From IMG/VR virus record IMGVR_UViG_3300004369_000863, positions 1 to 26,862 of that record: a DNA stretch of 26,862 nucleotides; one strand, 5' to 3'. Of this stretch, positions 7,768-11,735 are shown piece by piece (within the stretch, counting starts at the first letter, position 1; each line of letters begins with the position of its first letter). The DNA comes from a virus. Taxonomy: Duplodnaviria > Caudoviricetes. Below the pieces are notes generated by a model. It was not told the origin of the DNA and searched no databases. It saw only the letters and a list, made by a program, of their open reading frames with translations. The position numbers were made by a program, and so were the translations under genes.

Positions 7768-8078
7768 TGAAAATGGGATTGCTGCATAAAGACTTGAATA
7801 TCAGAGAGACTCTACGCATTGCGCGTTTGGCTGAGCAAGAAAAACAAAGCCGATTTCGGTTGGGGTCGCCTTGTAAATTCGTTCGATCTCTGGATCTTTT
7901 GATTCATTTGATTATCCCTGAGCTGATTGAAGATTTGACGCCTGCCGTCGCTTGGTATTTGCGCCACACATCACCAAGGTGGGGGCGTAGCTGGCGTGGA
8001 TGGACTCAGACATTTGACGATGTTGACAAATTCCCCCTTGTCTCGGTAAAAGGCTGTGAGTCGTGGGGCCACGAATAA
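7767..8078 (+). CDS. Hypothetical protein, TSPRWGRSW family (paralog of 2584..2811)
   Basis: Motifs shared with 2584..2811. Confidence 0.8.
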   Translation: MKMGLLHKDLNIRETLRIARLAEQEKQSRFRLGSPCKFVRSLDLLIHLIIPELIEDLTPAVAWYLRHTSPRWGRSWRGWTQTFDDVDKFPLVSVKGCESWGHE

Positions 8079-8125
8079 ACAGGACAACACAGTCCGCCGG
8101 CCTCATCCGCAAAAAATAATAAATC

Positions 8126-8154
8126 TCTTCCACCGCCGTCATCTTGTAGTGGAA
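8126..8154 (+). repeat. 29-bp conserved core, copy G (only the right half site cggggct at 8178)
   Basis: tcttccaccgccgtcatcttgtagtggaa. Confidence 0.9.
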
Positions 8155-8251
8155 TTAATTGCTTAAAATCCGTCCAACGGGGCTTTAATGTTTTTTTTTA
8201 ATCCCAGCGGGAGTTCCCTCCAGGCACTGAAAAAAAGGTTTTGAAAAAGGC

Positions 8252-8280
8252 TTGCTATCGACTACTCGTTAGGCTACGAT
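8252..8280 (+). promoter_or_regulatory. sigmaA-like promoter of cassette R4
   Basis: TTGCTA-17 bp-TACGAT with upstream A-tracts. Confidence 0.75.
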
Positions 8281-8309
8281 TAGGGCTACACAAACAAAAA
8301 GGAGAAATT

Positions 8310-8777
8310 ATGGGCTATACACATTATTGGCAACGACCACGAAAGGATTACGGGTCGCCTGAAATGTTTGGGCGGCTTGCGCTTGACGCAAAAAGAGTTA
8401 TCACATACGCAGAGCCGTTCGGAATTATCATTAAGGATTCGAATGGCGAAGGTAAGCCGAATTTCAACGAATCTTTTTTTGCATTTAACGGCGACGCAAG
8501 CGAAGGGGCAGACCACGAAACATTTTTGTGGGAAGGCATCCCGACGATTCAGGATTGGCGTCAGGATGAGCCGATGAGTTTCGATTTCTGCAAAACAGCG
8601 CACAAGCCCTATGACGCAGTAGTGACAGCAATTCTTATTCGTGCAAAACATATCTATGGTTCGTGCGTTGAGGTGTCGTCTGACGGCTCGTGGGATGAAT
8701 GGGAAAAAGGTCGTGCGCTCTATGTAGCCGTGTTTGGCGAAATGGCGTTGAATCCGTTCGGGTTGGTCAAAGTATGA
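8310..8777 (+). CDS. Conserved hypothetical protein (MGYTHYW...FCKTA.KPYD type), 155 aa
   Basis: Start revised to ATG 8310 after AAAAGGAGA; recognisable uncharacterised family motif. Confidence 0.85.
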   Translation: MGYTHYWQRPRKDYGSPEMFGRLALDAKRVITYAEPFGIIIKDSNGEGKPNFNESFFAFNGDASEGADHETFLWEGIPTIQDWRQDEPMSFDFCKTAHKPYDAVVTAILIRAKHIYGSCVEVSSDGSWDEWEKGRALYVAVFGEMALNPFGLVKV

Positions 8778-9145
8778 AAACTTTAACTACCCCAACCCAA
8801 AAGGCCGCGAATCGACTTAAAAAAAATAGTTTGACATCGTGGTGCGTGCCGACAGATGTTGAACCATTGGAAAATTATGCGCTTGAAGTTCAGGCGTCAC
8901 AGAATAATTCTCGTGGTGGCAACGAATGGGAAGCCGTGCTTTACAAAAACGGTTTGCCGATTATGTCCGTTGAGAATCGTGGCGATGGTGGATGCAATTA
9001 CTACCACGCAATTTTGAGCGACCGAAACTTGCACCGTGCCGAAGTTGCAGCATTCGAGGAAGCAAGCAAAGAGGCGTACCCGAATCGGAAGTATGAGCAA
9101 ACAGATATTGCGTGTTCGTTCTTGGATTGCGTCGCCAATATGTAA
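8774..9145 (+). CDS. Hypothetical protein (VEN.G.GG motif), 123 aa
   Basis: ATGA overlap at 8774; followed by a terminator. Confidence 0.8.
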   Translation: MKTLTTPTQKAANRLKKNSLTSWCVPTDVEPLENYALEVQASQNNSRGGNEWEAVLYKNGLPIMSVENRGDGGCNYYHAILSDRNLHRAEVAAFEEASKEAYPNRKYEQTDIACSFLDCVANM

Positions 9146-9153
9146 TCACCCCC

Positions 9154-9195
9154 AAAATAGCCCCTTGCCCGAAACGGTGAGGGGTTATTTTTTTT
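9154..9195 (+). terminator. Intrinsic terminator of cassette R4
   Basis: tagccccttgcc-cgaaac-ggtgaggggtta followed by a T-tract. Confidence 0.8.
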
Positions 9196-9235
9196 GCACC
9201 CCAGCAGTTCCCCCCAGGCAGCGAAAATAAAAAAG

Positions 9236-9264
9236 TCTTCAGCCATCGTCATCTTGTAGTGGAA
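9236..9264 (+). repeat. 29-bp conserved core, copy H
   Basis: tcttcagccatcgtcatcttgtagtggaa. Confidence 0.9.
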
Positions 9265-9280
9265 TTTTTGCCGGCGTCTC

Positions 9281-9308
9281 AGTCCCGCCGTTTTTGGACG
9301 GCGGGGCT
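9281..9308. repeat. 28-bp inverted-repeat element, copy P7
   Basis: aGTCCCG-ccgtttttggacgg-CGGGGCt. Confidence 0.9.
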
Positions 9309-9427
9309 TTAATGTTTTTATAAAAATTCTGGGGCCCCATCCTGGATCCAGAGATAAAAAGTCTTTGGCGGGCTTTGACGGTCTTCGGCGGGCGCAGGCG
9401 GTCGTCAACGACTTTTATAAAAAAAAC

Positions 9428-9456
9428 TTGACACTATCCCTTATCGGTAGTAGACT
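9428..9456 (+). promoter_or_regulatory. sigmaA-like promoter of cassette R5
   Basis: TTGACA-17 bp-TAGACT preceded by an A-tract. Confidence 0.8.
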
Positions 9457-9489
9457 ATTAGTCATACACAAATTAAAAAAGGGGTAAAA

Positions 9490-9630
9490 ATGGTTGAAGA
9501 CCGAGAAAAATGCGAAATCTGTTTTGATTTTGTTGATTATTGCCAATGCCAACGATGTGAAAAATGTGAAGAACTGACGCATATTGACTTAGCAAAGAAG
9601 CTTTGCGGTTGTGGTGGCAAATTTTATTAA
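9490..9630 (+). CDS. 46-aa Cys-rich (8 Cys) putative metal-binding protein; sole gene of cassette R5
   Basis: MVEDREKCEICFDFVDYCQCQRCEKCEELTHIDLAKKLCGCGGKFY; AAGGGG SD, own promoter and terminator; below the ORF-track size cutoff. Confidence 0.75.
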   Translation: MVEDREKCEICFDFVDYCQCQRCEKCEELTHIDLAKKLCGCGGKFY

Positions 9631-9647
9631 AAAATAAGTCCAAGAAG

Positions 9648-9690
9648 TAGCCCTGTTTCTCGCCCCCCGAGAAGCAGGGTTATTTTTTTT
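9648..9690 (+). terminator. Intrinsic terminator of cassette R5
   Basis: tagccctgtttctcg-cccc-cgagaagcagggtta followed by a T-tract. Confidence 0.85.
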
Positions 9691-9717
9691 ATATCCCAGC
9701 ACCTTGGTCCAGGCGGC

Positions 9718-9746
9718 TCTTCAGCCACCGTCGTCTTGTAGTGGAA
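9718..9746 (+). repeat. 29-bp conserved core, copy I (followed by half site at 9767)
   Basis: tcttcagccaccgtcgtcttgtagtggaa. Confidence 0.9.
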
Positions 9747-9929
9747 ACATACCTCAAGCATCTGTGAGCCCCGTTTCAAATCATCTTCCGACGGAGTTTT
9801 TGTTTTTTGAAGCGGCTCCCTCCAGGCAGCATTTGAAAAAAGGAATAATTCCGCCTTCTGGACACCACTTCTGGCGTTATTTTTTTTTAGATTAAACTGG
9901 GGCTGACGACTCAGAGTCAGAAAAGTCGG

Positions 9930-9974
9930 CAAACCCTTTACCCATATGGAGGGTTTTTTTCGTTCTGGATGGGA
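9930..9974 (+). repeat. 45-bp third motif, copy 2
   Basis: caaaccctttacccatat...ttctggatggga. Confidence 0.75.
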
Positions 9975-10007
9975 CCGTTTTTGATAAAAAAAGTTAACTT
10001 CAGTTTG

Positions 10008-10036
10008 TCTTCAGCCACCGTAATCTTGTAATGCAA
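10008..10036 (+). repeat. 29-bp conserved core, copy J (diverged)
   Basis: tcttcagccaccgtaatcttgtaatgcaa. Confidence 0.85.
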
Positions 10037-10041
10037 TTGTC

Positions 10042-10069
10042 AGCCCCGTAGTTATGCCTTAGCGGGGCC
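10042..10069. repeat. 28-bp inverted-repeat element, copy P8
   Basis: aGCCCCG-tagttatgccttag-CGGGGCc. Confidence 0.85.
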
Positions 10070-10218
10070 AACGAATGCTTTTCAATTTTGTCCAGGCGGC
10101 GACGCCGGCGGCGGTAAAAAAGATTTTTGCCACCTCCTCCGCCACCTGCACCACCTTTGCCACCTTTGTTTTTTTTTACTCCCAGTTGGGTCAAACGACT
10201 TTGAATTTTCAAAACCAG

Positions 10219-10263
10219 GAAACCCTTTGCCCATATGGGGAAATTTTTCCATTTCGGATGGGT
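10219..10263 (+). repeat. 45-bp third motif, copy 3
   Basis: gaaaccctttgcccatat...tttcggatgggt. Confidence 0.75.
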
Positions 10264-10332
10264 ATTTTTAAAATTTTTACCGACGACCCCGCATCGAGCA
10301 ACTCAAACTTCGTTCCAGAAAGAGAAAGGGTC

Positions 10333-10360
10333 AGTCCCGCTAGTTATTGAGGGCGGGGCT
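10333..10360. repeat. 28-bp inverted-repeat element, copy P9
   Basis: aGTCCCG-ctagttattgaggg-CGGGGCt. Confidence 0.85.
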
Positions 10361-10522
10361 AACTTGTGTTTTAAATTCAGGCAGCCAGAGCCAGGCGGCA
10401 TTGATCTGGGGGGAATAAAAAAGGCGGGGCCTCCAGACTCTAGATCCAACCTCAAAATATTATGTTGCGTCGCGCCGGCTGCCAGATCCAGTAAAAAATA
10501 AATTTCGGGCGGATCAAAATGC

Positions 10523-10551
10523 TTGCTTTTTGTCCAGGCTCCCGTTAGTAT
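10523..10551 (+). promoter_or_regulatory. sigmaA-like promoter of cassette R6
   Basis: TTGCTT-17 bp-TAGTAT. Confidence 0.7.
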
Positions 10552-10588
10552 TGCCTATAGGCGAGTACTTATAGGGAGGTATGACACA

Positions 10589-10900
10589 ATGAACAGCAAT
10601 CTCAAAAACACTTTACTTATCGCCACAGCGGTGGTCGGAGTGACAATTGCATTTGCGGTGGGCGAAGAAACCAGCAACAACTTTCATTGCGAATTAACAC
10701 CGCACACCGTCCAGCAAGGCGACACTCTATGGGCGATAGCGGAGAACAAGTGCGAAGGCGATATTCGGCGAGTGACTGACATTCTCGTCACGGTTTACGG
10801 AGCGGACATCCGAATCGGAAACAATATTTATTTGCCCGAAAACGAAAACTGCGAATTAATGCTGACCGACGACGGTGAAGTGATGGAGGAATGTAATTAA
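10589..10900 (+). CDS. Secreted or membrane-anchored LysM-domain protein (103 aa)
   Basis: GGGAGGT SD; N-terminal hydrophobic segment; HTVQQGDTLWAIA...IRIGNNIYLP LysM pattern. Confidence 0.8.
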   Translation: MNSNLKNTLLIATAVVGVTIAFAVGEETSNNFHCELTPHTVQQGDTLWAIAENKCEGDIRRVTDILVTVYGADIRIGNNIYLPENENCELMLTDDGEVMEECN

Positions 10901-11217
10901 TGGGAGTGAAGTCCTCAGGTCGTTGTGATGAATGCGGTGAAATCTTTGATGATGTTTTCCCGAATCGGAAGTGCGGTCGCTCAAGTTCGGGTTTAGATTT
11001 TCCGTTTCGACAACTCGGTTACTACGGAGGCTTCATTGACAATGAACCGTGGGAGCCTTGGCTTGATGAAGAAGATTTTCATCTTTGCCACGATTGCTGC
11101 GTCAAATTACTGAATGCGGTGCCAAATCTTTTTAAAAAAATCCAAAATTTATTCCCGCAGGGTACTCACTCGGTAGAAAAAAACATTTGCCCGATGTGCT
11201 ACCCCGCCCAAAACTAG
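10900..11217 (+). CDS. Cys-rich hypothetical protein (CxxC motifs)
   Basis: TAATG overlap; CDEC, CHDC and CPMC motifs. Confidence 0.75.
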   Translation: MGVKSSGRCDECGEIFDDVFPNRKCGRSSSGLDFPFRQLGYYGGFIDNEPWEPWLDEEDFHLCHDCCVKLLNAVPNLFKKIQNLFPQGTHSVEKNICPMCYPAQN

Positions 11218-11278
11218 GAAGGCCATCCGTGGACAATGTCATTATTTTGTTCGTCGTAATCGGTTTGATTGCGTCAAT

Positions 11279-11470
11279 TTAAAACATCGACTCGGTGAGA
11301 TTTGTTTCGCCGTCTATGCAACCTTCGTGGGCGTAATCAAAGTGCTCTTCGGGCTGTTTAATTTTGCTTGCTGTTCGGTCACCCGTTTTGACCCAGCAGG
11401 TAACTTTTTTCCAGGTACCAGCAGCGCCAGGGACGATGGGCGTTTTACAAAACCTACACAAGTACTGCAT
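11279..11470 (-). CDS. Small putative Zn-binding protein (CxxC...HxxC)
   Basis: CRFC and HEGC motifs; TAAACT-6 nt-ATG leaderless signature. Confidence 0.65.
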   Translation of the reverse strand: MQYLCRFCKTPIVPGAAGTWKKVTCWVKTGDRTASKIKQPEEHFDYAHEGCIDGETNLTESMF

Positions 11471-11552
11471 TGTCGCAGTTTACTTCAAGCGGGGCTATTA
11501 TCTTCTTAAATTTTTGTAAGCAGCGCATCCAGGGTGTATCCTGAAGATTCAG

Positions 11553-11735
11553 ATGTCTGATTCACCCTACGACCCAGAGCAAAATTACAGCCAATTTCGG
11601 CAAAAACTCATTCCCGATGATGTGTCCTTTGATGAATGGCTTGAGTTCGGCAAAAAACAGCAATGGCGCATCCCTATTTCAATGTTTCAAATTATCGACA
11701 GCGCTGCCGGGGACCCAGAAAAGGAAAAAAAATAA
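11553..11735 (+). CDS. Small hypothetical protein (60 aa)
   Basis: Its stop overlaps the helicase ATG (TAATG). Confidence 0.6.
   Translation: MSDSPYDPEQNYSQFRQKLIPDDVSFDEWLEFGKKQQWRIPISMFQIIDSAAGDPEKEKK

Noticed and set aside
2390-10036. CRISPR array or solitary CRISPR repeats (29-bp repeat, some copies ending GAAAC; CTTGTAG also occurs in a Cas12a repeat)
   Set aside because: Spacing is hundreds to thousands of bp with genes in between, the copies are degenerate, there is no conserved internal stem and no cas genes are present.
2390-10036. Core read as a conserved peptide on the minus strand (F[DH]YK[PM]TVA[ED]), superficially FLAG-like
   Set aside because: The surrounding frames are homopolymer-rich, unrelated between copies and lack consistent starts. 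Substitutions hit all codon positions, so this is best explained as DNA-level conservation.
4151-10168. Chi sites (GGTGG on the minus strand of the core and the C-rich tracts)
   Set aside because: There is no full GCTGGTGG in these elements, the conserved unit is much longer than Chi, and the E. coli Chi sequence is not expected to apply to an actinobacterial host.
16-10360. The 28-bp palindromes as ordinary intrinsic terminators
   Set aside because: Most lack an adjacent U-tract, separate canonical terminators already close the cassettes, and several have unpaired interiors yet fixed length. P7, which is followed by ttaatgttttt, could still terminate.
4010-10501. ORF-track entries inside the intergenic blocks (4010..4270, 4023..4289, 6303..6506, 6809..6997, 9001..9408, 9627..9932, 9704..9895, 10000..10212, 10075..10350, 10235..10501)
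   Set aside because: They are poly-K/F/P/G translations of homopolymer tracts, have no SD and run across repeats and terminators.
1-11217. Classical integron cassette array
   Set aside because: No integron integrase in the window, no RYYYAAC/GTTRRRY attC ends, and the cassettes carry their own promoters.
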